Source: Ignavibacteria bacterium
GTDB taxonomy: Bacteria; Bacteroidota; Ignavibacteria; Kapaibacteriales; UBA961
Assembly: GCA_016873735.1 (NCBI GenBank)
Contig: VGWD01000011.1
Location: 51-64,050, forward strand
Length of the DNA: 64,000 bases
Direction: 5' to 3'
Part shown: piece after piece, positions 1 through 8,824 of the stretch
Position numbering within the stretch: the first letter of the stretch is position 1
How the letters are laid out: the number at the start of each line of letters is the position of its first letter
Position numbers and translations under genes: made by a program
Notes under the pieces: generated by a model
Database searches by the model: none
Seen by the model: the letters and a program-made list of their open reading frames with translations, nothing else
Told to the model about the DNA's origin: nothing

Positions 1-2
1 GA

Positions 3-95
3 ACAACAACCATTCTTATAGGAACCTATTCCAATATTCCCGAAGCCGATTACATCTGCCCAGGTATAAAAGAATGCATGAAGATATTGGGGTGA
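3..95 (+). CDS. 3' end of a gene entering from the left; possibly HAD-family hydrolase (GmhB-like C-terminus)
   Basis: Open frame TTTILIGTYSNIPEADYICPGIKECMKILG-stop (TGA 93-95). It resembles the 'tilv.g...aDyi...l.e' tail of HAD-IIIA/IIA phosphatases. Only 30 codons are visible. Confidence 0.3.
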   Translation, partial: TTTILIGTYSNIPEADYICPGIKECMKILG

Positions 96-255
96 GTGTT
101 TCTTCATTCCCCTCGTGACGGGGTGAGTTCTTCTTCATTCCCCTCGTGACAGAGGGGTGGCACGCGAAGCGTGACGGGGTGAGTTCTTCTTCATTCCCCT
201 CGTAAGAGAAAGTGCCCGTTTCTTGTCTGCGCTCGAAAACCAGGAGCGGGGTGAG
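89..255. repeat. REP-like repeat cluster, family A (GGGGTGAG..TTCTTCATTCCCCTCG)
   Basis: Three near-identical direct copies start at 89, 120 and 176, with a fourth GGGGTGAG at 248. Internal hairpins CCCCTC-n6-GAGGGG and CACGC-GAA-GCGTG. A degenerate copy follows at ~355-391. Confidence 0.8.
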
Positions 256-272
256 ACCTCCGTCTTCATTCT

Positions 273-344
273 AACTGTTCGTCGAACGAGGCCGAGACGA
301 GAGTCTGATGTGTAAATATACCACTCGGCTTCGCTCGGGGTACA
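273..344. repeat. REPIN-like element, family B (inverted pair of CGAGCGAAGCCGAG-type REPs with spacer)
   Basis: TCGAACGAGGCCGAG...CTCGGCTTCGCTCGG inverted arms. The 72-nt element matches the reverse complement of 2080-2151 with 9 mismatches and no gaps (hand alignment). Confidence 0.8.
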
Positions 345-425
345 ATAAGCGAGATCATTCCCCTTGTGTAAATGGGTGACCGAAGGGCGGGTTAAAAACT
401 TCCTTGTAAATACCATAGAACAGAA

Positions 426-459
426 CCCCCGTCGTAAATGATGGGGGGGGATATTTTTC
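426..459 (+). terminator. Possible intrinsic terminator
   Basis: CCCCCGTCGT-AA-ATGATGGGGG hairpin with G:U pairs, followed after a few nt by ATATTTTTC. Confidence 0.35.
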
Positions 460-816
460 AATAATAATTACTTAGTCTACTATACTATTGTTAATATTGG
501 ATTTAAGCAAGATATCTTGTCTTGTATTTTTTCTAATTGAAAAATATATTGATCGTCCATGATATTCATGTTCCTGAAACACATCTAAAATAATGTCACC
601 TATTTCCCATAAATAGTGTAGATTTTTCTGAAATCACAGAACCTTATGATCCCCATACATATTATTTAGTGAATTGATCATTTTAGGAACAAACTCATCC
701 AATATATTTATTAGATTGATTTCAAACTGAAGGACATATACTTGATATACTTAATTTTAAATCATTAGCACTCTTCATTACTTTTGAGAATAAACATCAT
801 GTACTTAATCAGTCAA

Positions 817-1872
817 ATGCGTCTTATATTCCACATCATCCTGGGCATATTATTCAATATTTTTTACTTGATAGGAAATGATGGATCATATACCGGATCA
901 GGTAATCAACTAGTTCCCGTTAAGGAAACAGATATAGCTTTGGAAAAAGAGATACTGACAATCCGTAGAATAGATGGAACTGCTATTGTATCTGTGTACT
1001 ATGAATTATTCAATCCTGGCGATGAAAAAGAAGTTATTGTTGGTTTTGAAGCCGATAATTCGAGTTTTCCTGCAAATGTGCATCCTAAAAATGGTGGACA
1101 TCCATACATTGAAAATTTTAATGTTAATGTAAACGGGAAACAATTAAAGCATACAATCGCATACCTTTTAAATGATGAATCATTACCTGCAAACAAAAGA
1201 TCAATAGCACTTCCAAAGCTCATCAAGTACATTGATAAAGACCCTGAAGGTGCTTCTTTTACCTATGTGTATTCTTTTAAAGTCAAATTTAAAAAAGGAC
1301 ATAATATCATTAAACATGATTATGAATATCAAATGAGTAGTTCAATTGGAATGGTGTTTGGTTTTGACTATAAACTCACTCCTGCAAATCGATGGGCAAA
1401 TGGACAGATTGATGATTTTACCCTTATCCTTGATTTAGGAGAATATGTTGGAATAAATCTGAATATGTATGGGATTGCAGATAAGAATTTGGTTTTTACT
1501 GGTAGTGGACATTATGGTAGGCCTAATGCCCCCGAAAACACTAATCATAAAGAAAATGTGTTTATCGAAAGTGGACAATTGATTTTTCATGCAAAGGATT
1601 ATCATCCCGAAGAAGAGTTAACGTTTGATTGTCCTGATTTCTATTTTGATTATAATTCTGATAATGACCAGAGAACACTCACATCAATTCCATATTCGGT
1701 AATTGCTCAAGAACAAATTTACTTTGAAGATTTATCTCCTTTTGATAAAAAGATCTTTGAAAATCTTCAACTTGCCAGAGATGGGTATATTTTTCCTGAT
1801 AAATCTTTATATGAGTATTTCATGAAAAACACTTCGTGGTATATTCCTGATCCAGAGTACAAGCCACAGTAA
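817..1872 (+). CDS. Secreted DUF4424-like / YARHG-domain protein
   Basis: Signal peptide MRLIFHIILGILFNIFYLIG, then NDGSYTGSGNQLVP...LEKEILTI. C-terminal LARDGYIFPDKSLYEYF...SWYIPDPEY resembles YARHG. Markedly AT-rich. Start moved from TTG 784 to ATG 817. Confidence 0.75.
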   Translation: MRLIFHIILGILFNIFYLIGNDGSYTGSGNQLVPVKETDIALEKEILTIRRIDGTAIVSVYYELFNPGDEKEVIVGFEADNSSFPANVHPKNGGHPYIENFNVNVNGKQLKHTIAYLLNDESLPANKRSIALPKLIKYIDKDPEGASFTYVYSFKVKFKKGHNIIKHDYEYQMSSSIGMVFGFDYKLTPANRWANGQIDDFTLILDLGEYVGINLNMYGIADKNLVFTGSGHYGRPNAPENTNHKENVFIESGQLIFHAKDYHPEEELTFDCPDFYFDYNSDNDQRTLTSIPYSVIAQEQIYFEDLSPFDKKIFENLQLARDGYIFPDKSLYEYFMKNTSWYIPDPEYKPQ

Positions 1873-1979
1873 AGATGTCATAGCCATTGATATTTGCAGT
1901 ATTAGCATTATAAAATCTGAAATTGTTCTAACTATGATTGCATTGATTGTCATACAGACTGCATCCACGGTAGAATGAA

Positions 1980-2045
1980 CTCATCCCGCCCTGGTTTTCG
2001 AGCGCAGACGAGAAACGGCCACCCCTCTGACTCGAGGGGAATGAA
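1980..2045. repeat. REP-like family A copy, inverted relative to 190-255
   Basis: Reverse complement reads TTCATTCCCCTCG..CCGTTTCTCGTCTGCGCTCGAAAACCAGG-GCGGGATGAG and shares a 20-nt exact block GTCTGCGCTCGAAAACCAGG with the left copy. Confidence 0.8.
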
Positions 2046-2055
2046 AGTCATGAAT

Positions 2056-2151
2056 TGTACACCGAGCGGAGCTGAGGTCTGTACCCCGAGCGAAGACGAG
2101 GGGTACATTTACACTTGAGATTATCGTCTCGGCTTCGCTCGACGAACAGTT
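2056..2151. repeat. REPIN-like family B copy (2080-2151, inverted relative to 273-344) plus extra partial REP (2056-2079)
   Basis: TGTACCCCGAGCGAAGACGAG...CTCGGCTTCGCTCGACGAACAGTT, preceded by TGTACACCGAGCGGAGCTGAG. Confidence 0.8.
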
Positions 2152-2205
2152 TAAGCATGAGGGGAATATATAAACAAATGCCCCACATTTCTGTGAGGCA
2201 TTGCA

Positions 2206-3075
2206 TCATTTGATGATGAGTTTTTCTTGTAGTATATCTTCCGGTACGCGATAGACATGTTTGACGAGACGGAGCTTTTCGAGTATCCAGATGATATAGC
2301 CGGAAAGATCGAATTGCCACCAAGCCAGACCATGAAATGCCGAGCGGGGAAATGCATGATGATTATTATGCCAGCCTTCGCCCATGGCAAGAATGCCAAC
2401 AAGGAAATTATTCTTTGATGCATCATCTGTCTTAAACATCTTCCCGCCGAAAATATGACAGATGGAATTCACGCTCCATGTGAAATTCAATGCAAGAAAT
2501 AATCGTACAAAACCTCCCCAAAGCAAACCATTGAGTCCGCCGATGAGGAATGGGATGAGTAAACCAAGCATGGACCAAGCAAAGAATGTGGCATCAAAAA
2601 AGGTGACCATCTTATCCTGCTGAAATTTCTTGCCAAAGGTTTGTCTTGCCTGAAAATGCACTTCGGGATTCATCGTGAAAATCCATCCACAATGCGCATG
2701 AAGCCACCCTTGGAATGTCGGACTATGTGGATCATCCTCAACATCCGTATTTGCATGATGCTTCAAATGTATGCTCGCCCATGTGGAAGGCGCTCCTTGC
2801 AAAGCCATTGAACCAAGCATGAGTAAAATGAATTTCACAGTAGGATTCGCCGTGAAACTCTGATGCACAAGCATGCGATGAAAACCAAGAGTAATACCAA
2901 GCTCGGTCAAAATCGTGAGCGATATACAGAGAATCACATCCTGCCAAGAAATAAAGCCCTGAAAGGCCAAAATAATGGCTGTGACTGTTCCCAAACCGGG
3001 TAAAACAATCAACATCAAGAAATATAAGATCACCTGTAATTGGTGAGAATAGGGTTTATTCACGGATTTGTCCAA
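2206..3075 (-). CDS. Acyl-CoA/acyl-lipid delta-9 fatty acid desaturase
   Basis: Three His boxes HRMLVH, HLKHH and HNNHH, plus DPHSP and VNSICH motifs and TM segments. TTG start. Confidence 0.92.
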   Translation of the reverse strand: MDKSVNKPYSHQLQVILYFLMLIVLPGLGTVTAIILAFQGFISWQDVILCISLTILTELGITLGFHRMLVHQSFTANPTVKFILLMLGSMALQGAPSTWASIHLKHHANTDVEDDPHSPTFQGWLHAHCGWIFTMNPEVHFQARQTFGKKFQQDKMVTFFDATFFAWSMLGLLIPFLIGGLNGLLWGGFVRLFLALNFTWSVNSICHIFGGKMFKTDDASKNNFLVGILAMGEGWHNNHHAFPRSAFHGLAWWQFDLSGYIIWILEKLRLVKHVYRVPEDILQEKLIIK

Positions 3076-3143
3076 AATAATGCTACATCATGGTGAAAAC
3101 TTCCTGCTTTTGAAGCATTGAAGCGGGTCTGATACATATTCCG

Positions 3144-3151
3144 TATTTTTG
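3144..3151 (+). promoter_or_regulatory. Putative Bacteroidota-type -7 promoter element for glmS
   Basis: TATTTTTG matches TAnnTTTG, ~130 nt upstream of the glmS ATG in a divergent intergenic region. Confidence 0.5.
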
Positions 3152-3280
3152 CAGTGGGTTTTTGTCCGATAAGGTGCTGCAATCTGCATCAGACATTCAA
3201 ATATACGGACTTGACACATTGCACAATCATCCCTTCCCTTTCACGGGTTTCGGGATCTTTTCACGGAAGGACTTCACTCT

Positions 3281-5113
3281 ATGTGCGGAATCGTTGGATA
3301 TATCGGTCATCAAAAAGCTTCAGACATCATCATCAATGGATTGAAACTCCTCGAATATCGTGGATATGATTCCGCCGGCATCGTTACGAATGAGTCAGGA
3401 CATCTCCTGATTCAGAAGAAAGCGGGCAAAGTGAAAGACCTCGAAAAGAAACTTGATCTCGGCGCAATGCTGAGCAATATCGGGATTGGTCATACACGCT
3501 GGGCCACACATGGCGAACCCAATGATGTGAATGCGCATCCGCATACTGATAGCACCGGCAAAATCGCGCTCGTGCATAATGGCATAATCGAAAATTATAC
3601 AGCACTCCGCAAAAAACTCATCAAGGATGGCTATTCTTTCAGTTCAGAAACAGATTCCGAAGTACTCGCCGTTTTCATTGGTTCTCTCTATACGAATGGG
3701 AATGATCTCGAAACTTCCGTGCGACTTGCACTTAATGAAGTGGAAGGTACTTTCGGCATTTGCGTGATGAGCTCCGATGATCCCAACACAATGATCGCAG
3801 CCCGTCGTGGAAGTCCAATCGTTGTGGGCATTGGAGATGGCGAATTCATCGTGGCTTCCGATGCATCGGCAATCATACAGCATACAAGACAAGTGATTTA
3901 TTTGGCCGATAATGAAATGGCGGTTATTTCTCGACATGGCGTGACCACGAAAACAATTGACAATGTGATCACGGATGAGCAAATCGAACAAATCGAATTT
4001 GACTTGGATGCGATTGAAAAGGGTGGTTATAATCATTTCATGCTCAAGGAAATCTATGAGCAACCTTCCACTTTCCGCGATGCATTACGTGGTCGTTTAC
4101 TCACCGAAGAAGGCAATGTCAAACTTGGTGGCTTGAACCCAGTCTCAAAAGAATTGCGCAATGCGCGCAGAATCATCATCCTTGCTTGTGGTACTTCATG
4201 GCATGCCGGACTCGTCGGTGAATACATGATCGAACGCCTTGCGCAAATTCCCGTGGAAGTGGAATATGCCTCGGAATTCCGCTATCGCACACCAATCATT
4301 TATCCTGATGATGTGATCATCGCAGTATCTCAAAGCGGTGAAACCGCTGATACTTTGGCGGCATTGAAAGAAGCTCACTTGAAAGGCGCAACCGTACTCG
4401 GAATCGTGAATGTTGTTGGAAGCTCGATCGCGCGTGAGACACATGCGGGCGTATATTCTCATGCTGGACCCGAAATCGGCGTGGCTTCAACCAAAGCATT
4501 CACTTCCCAACTTGCTGTATTGTCGCTCCTGGCTTTGCATCTTGGAAGAATGAATAAAGTATCTTCCATCGAAGGCAAAAGAATTGCCGAAGCTCTCGAT
4601 TCCATTCCATCGAAAATCGAAGAAATCCTCAAGCAGGAAAATACCATCAGAGAAATCGCCGAAGAATATCAAGATGCTCGCAATTTCTTGTATTTGGGTC
4701 GCGGCTATAATTTCCCCGTTGCTCTCGAAGGCGCTTTGAAATTAAAAGAGATTTCCTATATCCATGCCGAAGGATATCCCGCTGCGGAAATGAAGCATGG
4801 TCCGATTGCACTCATGGATGAAAATATGCCCGTGGTATTCATCGCAACCAAAGATGATATTTATGATAAAGTGATTTCCAATATACAGGAAGTCCGTGCG
4901 CGCAAAGGGAAAGTCATTGCCATCGCAACCGAAGGCGATACCCATATTGAATCCGTTGCGAATCATGTGATTTATATTCCCGACACGCTTCCCATGCTCA
5001 CCCCGGCATTGGCAGTTATCCCTCTCCAATTATTGGCCTATCATATAGCAGTTCTTCGCGGATGCGATGTTGACAAACCACGCAATTTGGCCAAGTCAGT
5101 CACCGTGGAGTAG
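3281..5113 (+). CDS. glmS: Glutamine--fructose-6-phosphate aminotransferase
   Basis: MCGIVG N-terminus, HTRWATHG, two SIS domains, C-terminal PRNLAKSVTVE. Confidence 0.99.
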   Translation: MCGIVGYIGHQKASDIIINGLKLLEYRGYDSAGIVTNESGHLLIQKKAGKVKDLEKKLDLGAMLSNIGIGHTRWATHGEPNDVNAHPHTDSTGKIALVHNGIIENYTALRKKLIKDGYSFSSETDSEVLAVFIGSLYTNGNDLETSVRLALNEVEGTFGICVMSSDDPNTMIAARRGSPIVVGIGDGEFIVASDASAIIQHTRQVIYLADNEMAVISRHGVTTKTIDNVITDEQIEQIEFDLDAIEKGGYNHFMLKEIYEQPSTFRDALRGRLLTEEGNVKLGGLNPVSKELRNARRIIILACGTSWHAGLVGEYMIERLAQIPVEVEYASEFRYRTPIIYPDDVIIAVSQSGETADTLAALKEAHLKGATVLGIVNVVGSSIARETHAGVYSHAGPEIGVASTKAFTSQLAVLSLLALHLGRMNKVSSIEGKRIAEALDSIPSKIEEILKQENTIREIAEEYQDARNFLYLGRGYNFPVALEGALKLKEISYIHAEGYPAAEMKHGPIALMDENMPVVFIATKDDIYDKVISNIQEVRARKGKVIAIATEGDTHIESVANHVIYIPDTLPMLTPALAVIPLQLLAYHIAVLRGCDVDKPRNLAKSVTVE

Positions 5114-5382
5114 TATGTTGGGTCGGAGTTTGGTAGTGAGGCTGGAAAATATGTCTCGGTGGTTTTATTAGACTTTTGTCGTAGGCTGTTTTTATCACTT
5201 TTATCTTCCCCAGCGGTGAAGACATTTTTGAACTATTTGCGTGAGCATAAACAGAGGATTTCGAAGAAACATTTTGGATCGCAGGATAATACGCCATGAG
5301 TTCATGCTAATTATGCCGATTGGAACTGTGCAAGTTCTTATTTTGTCATAGATTTTTCAGTTGAGTAGCACAGAATATTCCA

Positions 5383-6585
5383 ATGATTCAGTCAATTCTC
5401 GATATCAGTGTTCAAGATAAAGTGTGTTTGGTCCGCGTGGATTTCAATGTTCCCATCGATGAACATGGAATCATCAGCGATGATAAGCGCATTCGTGAAT
5501 CACTTCCAACAATCAATGCCCTTCTGAAACAAGGTGCGAAAGTGGTGTTAATGTCGCATCTCGGTAGACCCAAAGGCATAGTAAATGCAAAGTATTCACT
5601 CGAAGTGGTCGCCAAACATCTTGCCACTCTTGTCTCTGCTCCCGTACACTTTACATCTGCATGCATCGGCGAGATTCCTGCGACAGCAATTGCATCCATG
5701 AATGCAGGCGAAATCTTGGTTCTTGAAAATTTGCGTTTTCATGCAGAAGAAGAAAACAATGATGCGGGATTTGCCAAAGCATTGGCTTCTCTCGGGGATG
5801 TCTATGTGAATGATGCCTTCGGAACCGCTCACAGAGCGCATGCTTCAACAGCCGGCATTGCGGAATTCATGCCTGTTAAAGCGGCAGGACTTCTCATGCT
5901 GAAGGAATTGCAATATCTTGGCAATGCGGTGAATACTCCAGAGCGACCCTTTGTGGTCATTCTCGGTGGTTCAAAAGTCTCCGGTAAAATTGATGTCATC
6001 AATGCCCTGCTCCCCAAATGCGATCATATTCTCATTGGTGGCGGCATGATGTTCACATTCCTGAAAGCAAAAGGTTATGAAGTCGGCTCTTCCTTGATCG
6101 AAGAAGATCGCATCGAAATAGCAAAATCATTACTTGAAAGCGAATTTGCTTCCAAAATCGTCTTACCACGCGATTGCATCATTGCGGATGCTTTTTCAGG
6201 CGAAGCAAATACACAGCATTCCTCATGTGAGTCGATTCCGAGTGATTGGATGGGACTCGATATAGGACCCGAAACCATCGCGGAATTCTCATCCATCATT
6301 GACAATGCGCGAACAATTCTCTGGAATGGTCCGATGGGTGTATTTGAAATTCCCGCATTTGCGCATGGAACAAAAGCGATTGCTGAATCCTTGGCACAAG
6401 TCACACAATCAGGTGCCATCACGATTGTCGGTGGTGGAGATTCCGCTTCGGCGATTTCCGGAATGGGTCTCGCAGATGCAGTCAGCCATGTATCAACGGG
6501 TGGAGGCGCTTCACTCGAATTTTTGGAAGGTACGACACTTCCGGGCATTCAAGCCCTGGAATTGTTATTCTTACGGAGTCTATGA
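5383..6585 (+). CDS. pgk: Phosphoglycerate kinase
   Basis: RVDFNVP, SHLGRP, NDAFGTAHRAHAS, WNGPMGVFE, STGGGASLEFLEG. Confidence 0.99.
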   Translation: MIQSILDISVQDKVCLVRVDFNVPIDEHGIISDDKRIRESLPTINALLKQGAKVVLMSHLGRPKGIVNAKYSLEVVAKHLATLVSAPVHFTSACIGEIPATAIASMNAGEILVLENLRFHAEEENNDAGFAKALASLGDVYVNDAFGTAHRAHASTAGIAEFMPVKAAGLLMLKELQYLGNAVNTPERPFVVILGGSKVSGKIDVINALLPKCDHILIGGGMMFTFLKAKGYEVGSSLIEEDRIEIAKSLLESEFASKIVLPRDCIIADAFSGEANTQHSSCESIPSDWMGLDIGPETIAEFSSIIDNARTILWNGPMGVFEIPAFAHGTKAIAESLAQVTQSGAITIVGGGDSASAISGMGLADAVSHVSTGGGASLEFLEGTTLPGIQALELLFLRSL

Positions 6586-7505
6586 CTTATTATCAAAATA
6601 ATCGCGGAATGGGTTTTTCCCTCTTTCCACCAATGCTAAAATTATTGCTCATTTTGAATGGTGCGATTTTTCTGCTGGACTCTGTCATTTTTGAAATGCT
6701 CGCTTTCAATGGTGTCTCGCTCTCTTCCTATATCATGGAATATTTTGCATTGTACCCGATTCAAAGCGGACTCTTCTGGCCATGGCAATTGATTTCCTAT
6801 CAATTCCTACATGCGGGATTTTCTCATATCTTCTTCAATCTTCTCGCATTGTGGATGTTTGGTGCTGAACTTGAAATGATTTGGGGTAGCAGAAGATTCA
6901 TCACCTATTATCTGATTGCGGGAATGGGTGGCGGACTTGTTCATTTGGGCATGCAAATGCTTCCCGGCTTTGAAGGCGCGCCCACCATCGGCGCTTCGGG
7001 TGCGGTGATGGGCATTTTGCTTGGCTTCGGACTCACCTTCCCGGATCGACCCGTCATGATGTTTCCTTTGTTCATCCCAATTCCGGCAAAGTATTTTGTC
7101 TTGATTTATGCCGGCATTGATCTTTTCTCAGGACTCTTCTCAACTAATTCCGGCGTTGCACATTTCGCTCATTTGGGTGGTGCATTTTTTGGATATATCA
7201 TGCTTAAACATGGCGATGATTTAAAGATTTATGCGCTGGTTGACAAAATATTCGGTCGCTCAAAACAGCAATCAAGTTATAGTAATATCATTGATTATCC
7301 ATTTGAAAAAACCTATGTTGAAGTCGTAGAAGAAGTGAAACCACCCGAGCCGAAAGGCACGATAACAGGTGTATTCATGGATGGACGAGAAATCACGACT
7401 GAAGAAATCGACATCATACTTGAAAAAATCACAGCAAAGGGTTTTGCGAACTTGACCGAACAAGAAAAACGCATACTCTATGAAGTCTCAAAGAAACTTG
7501 ATTAA
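6582..7505 (+). CDS. Rhomboid family intramembrane serine protease with C-terminal soluble extension
   Basis: WQLISYQFLH, HIFFN, catalytic GASG and AHFAHLGG. C-terminal EIDIILEKI..GF.NLT..EK helix (DUF6576-like). Confidence 0.92.
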   Translation: MTYYQNNRGMGFSLFPPMLKLLLILNGAIFLLDSVIFEMLAFNGVSLSSYIMEYFALYPIQSGLFWPWQLISYQFLHAGFSHIFFNLLALWMFGAELEMIWGSRRFITYYLIAGMGGGLVHLGMQMLPGFEGAPTIGASGAVMGILLGFGLTFPDRPVMMFPLFIPIPAKYFVLIYAGIDLFSGLFSTNSGVAHFAHLGGAFFGYIMLKHGDDLKIYALVDKIFGRSKQQSSYSNIIDYPFEKTYVEVVEEVKPPEPKGTITGVFMDGREITTEEIDIILEKITAKGFANLTEQEKRILYEVSKKLD

Positions 7506-7565
7506 ATCTCGGAACATTTGACCCATACCAATGGTTAACATTCAATATCTTATTGGCTAAAACGC

Positions 7566-8687
7566 ATGAATCTCCCCATCCTTGAAAATCAAACAGAATC
7601 TCCTTATGTGGTGCGACCTTTCCGCAGAAGAATAAGTCGTCAAGTGATGGTCGGCTCCGTTCCTGTCGGTGGCAATGCCCCGATCAGCGTGCAAACCATG
7701 ACAAAAACCAAGACTGCGGATGTGAATGCAACCGTTAAGCAAATTCAGAGATGTCAGGAAGCAGGCGTGGACATCGTTCGCGTCACCGTGAATGACAAAG
7801 AAGCTGCCGAAGCAATTGCTGATATCGTCAAGCGCACAACGATTCCAATTGTAGCAGATATTCATTTCAATCACATTTTTGCACTGAAAGCGATTGAAGC
7901 AGGTGTTGCGAAAGTGCGCATCAATCCCGGTAATATCGGCTCGAGAGATCGCATCAAAGAAGTGCTCACAAAAGCGAAAGAGCGTGGAACTCCTATCAGA
8001 GTGGGCGTGAATTCAGGTTCACTGGAAGAAGATATTCTCGATAAACACGGTTATCCAACTCCCGAAGCACTCTTTGAAAGCGCTATGCGTCATGCGGAAA
8101 TCGCGGCAGAATTCGGTGTGGATGATGTGATTCTTTCCGTAAAATCCACTGATGTTCGCCTCATGATTGAAGCATATCGCATGCTTGCCGAGAAGACAGA
8201 TTTTCCTTTGCATCTTGGTGTGACCGAAGCTGGTACTTCTCGTGTTGGAACAATCAAATCTTCTGTCGGTATTGGCACATTACTCGCAGAAGGAATCGGT
8301 GATACGATTCGTGTTTCTCTCACTGATGAACCCGAAAAAGAAGTAGAAGTTGGAAAAGAAATCTTGCGCTCACTTGGTTTGACCCAAAGATCCGTTGAGA
8401 TTATTTCTTGTCCGACATGCGGAAGACTCGAAGTGGATTTATTCAAGATCACGGGTGAAATCGAAGAGCGACTAAAAGGAGTGAAAAAACCGGTGAAAAT
8501 TGCTCTCTTGGGTTGCGTCGTGAATGGTCCGGGTGAAGCCAGCGAGGCGGACATAGGAATTGCTGCAGGCAAAGGCGTTGGTATTCTTTATCGCAAAGGC
8601 GAGGTCGTTCGACGCGTCAAAGAAGAAGAAATCATTGATGCCGTAGTGCAAGAAGTTATGGACTTTGTGCCTGAAGAACAGCAATAA
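7566..8687 (+). CDS. ispG: (E)-4-hydroxy-3-methylbut-2-enyl-diphosphate synthase
   Basis: PIVADIHF, RINPGNIG, GVNSGSL, HLGVTEAG, CPTCGR and GCVVNGPGE Fe-S motifs. Confidence 0.98.
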   Translation: MNLPILENQTESPYVVRPFRRRISRQVMVGSVPVGGNAPISVQTMTKTKTADVNATVKQIQRCQEAGVDIVRVTVNDKEAAEAIADIVKRTTIPIVADIHFNHIFALKAIEAGVAKVRINPGNIGSRDRIKEVLTKAKERGTPIRVGVNSGSLEEDILDKHGYPTPEALFESAMRHAEIAAEFGVDDVILSVKSTDVRLMIEAYRMLAEKTDFPLHLGVTEAGTSRVGTIKSSVGIGTLLAEGIGDTIRVSLTDEPEKEVEVGKEILRSLGLTQRSVEIISCPTCGRLEVDLFKITGEIEERLKGVKKPVKIALLGCVVNGPGEASEADIGIAAGKGVGILYRKGEVVRRVKEEEIIDAVVQEVMDFVPEEQQ

Positions 8688-8730
8688 AAATAAACTTTGG
8701 ACAGTACACAAAAATGCCATAAATTACATA

Positions 8731-8808
8731 TGAGTTGAGTGGCTATCTCTCCCCTGAGAGCCACGCGCGATGCTCACACCTGGAATTCCACATTCCGGGT
8801 TTTTTTTT
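8731..8808 (+). ncRNA. Candidate small RNA or structured 3' UTR of ispG (long hairpin + terminator)
   Basis: GTGGCT(8739-44)/AGCCAC(8759-64) stem with C-rich loop TCCCCT and outer TGAG/CTCA, directly followed by a terminator. No known family recognised. Confidence 0.3.
8779..8808 (+). terminator. Intrinsic terminator downstream of ispG
   Basis: CCTGGAAT-TCCAC-ATTCCGGG stem-loop followed by T9. Confidence 0.85.
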
Positions 8809-8824
8809 GCCCACAAGTGCAGAA

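Noticed and set aside
89..203. Three ~31-nt direct repeats as a CRISPR array
   Set aside because: Spacers are 0 and ~25 nt and themselves palindromic, an inverted copy occurs 1.8 kb away, and there are no cas genes. This fits REP-like repeats.
135..461. 108-aa minus-strand ORF (also 2048-2323)
   Set aside because: It runs through the repeat clusters and has no protein-like features.
273..2151. Integron cassette with attC sites
   Set aside because: The flanking elements are inverted rather than direct, I saw no RYYYAAC/GTTRRRY boxes at their ends, and no integrase is in the window.
3076..3280. Canonical glmS ribozyme
   Set aside because: The AGCGCC cleavage-site core and GACGAGG motif are absent. 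Stems GTCTGAT/ATCAGAC and TCCGTA/TACGGA start upstream of the predicted TSS.
5100..5297. 65-aa minus-strand ORF between glmS and pgk
   Set aside because: No recognisable motif, overlaps the glmS end, no RBS. It cannot be supported.
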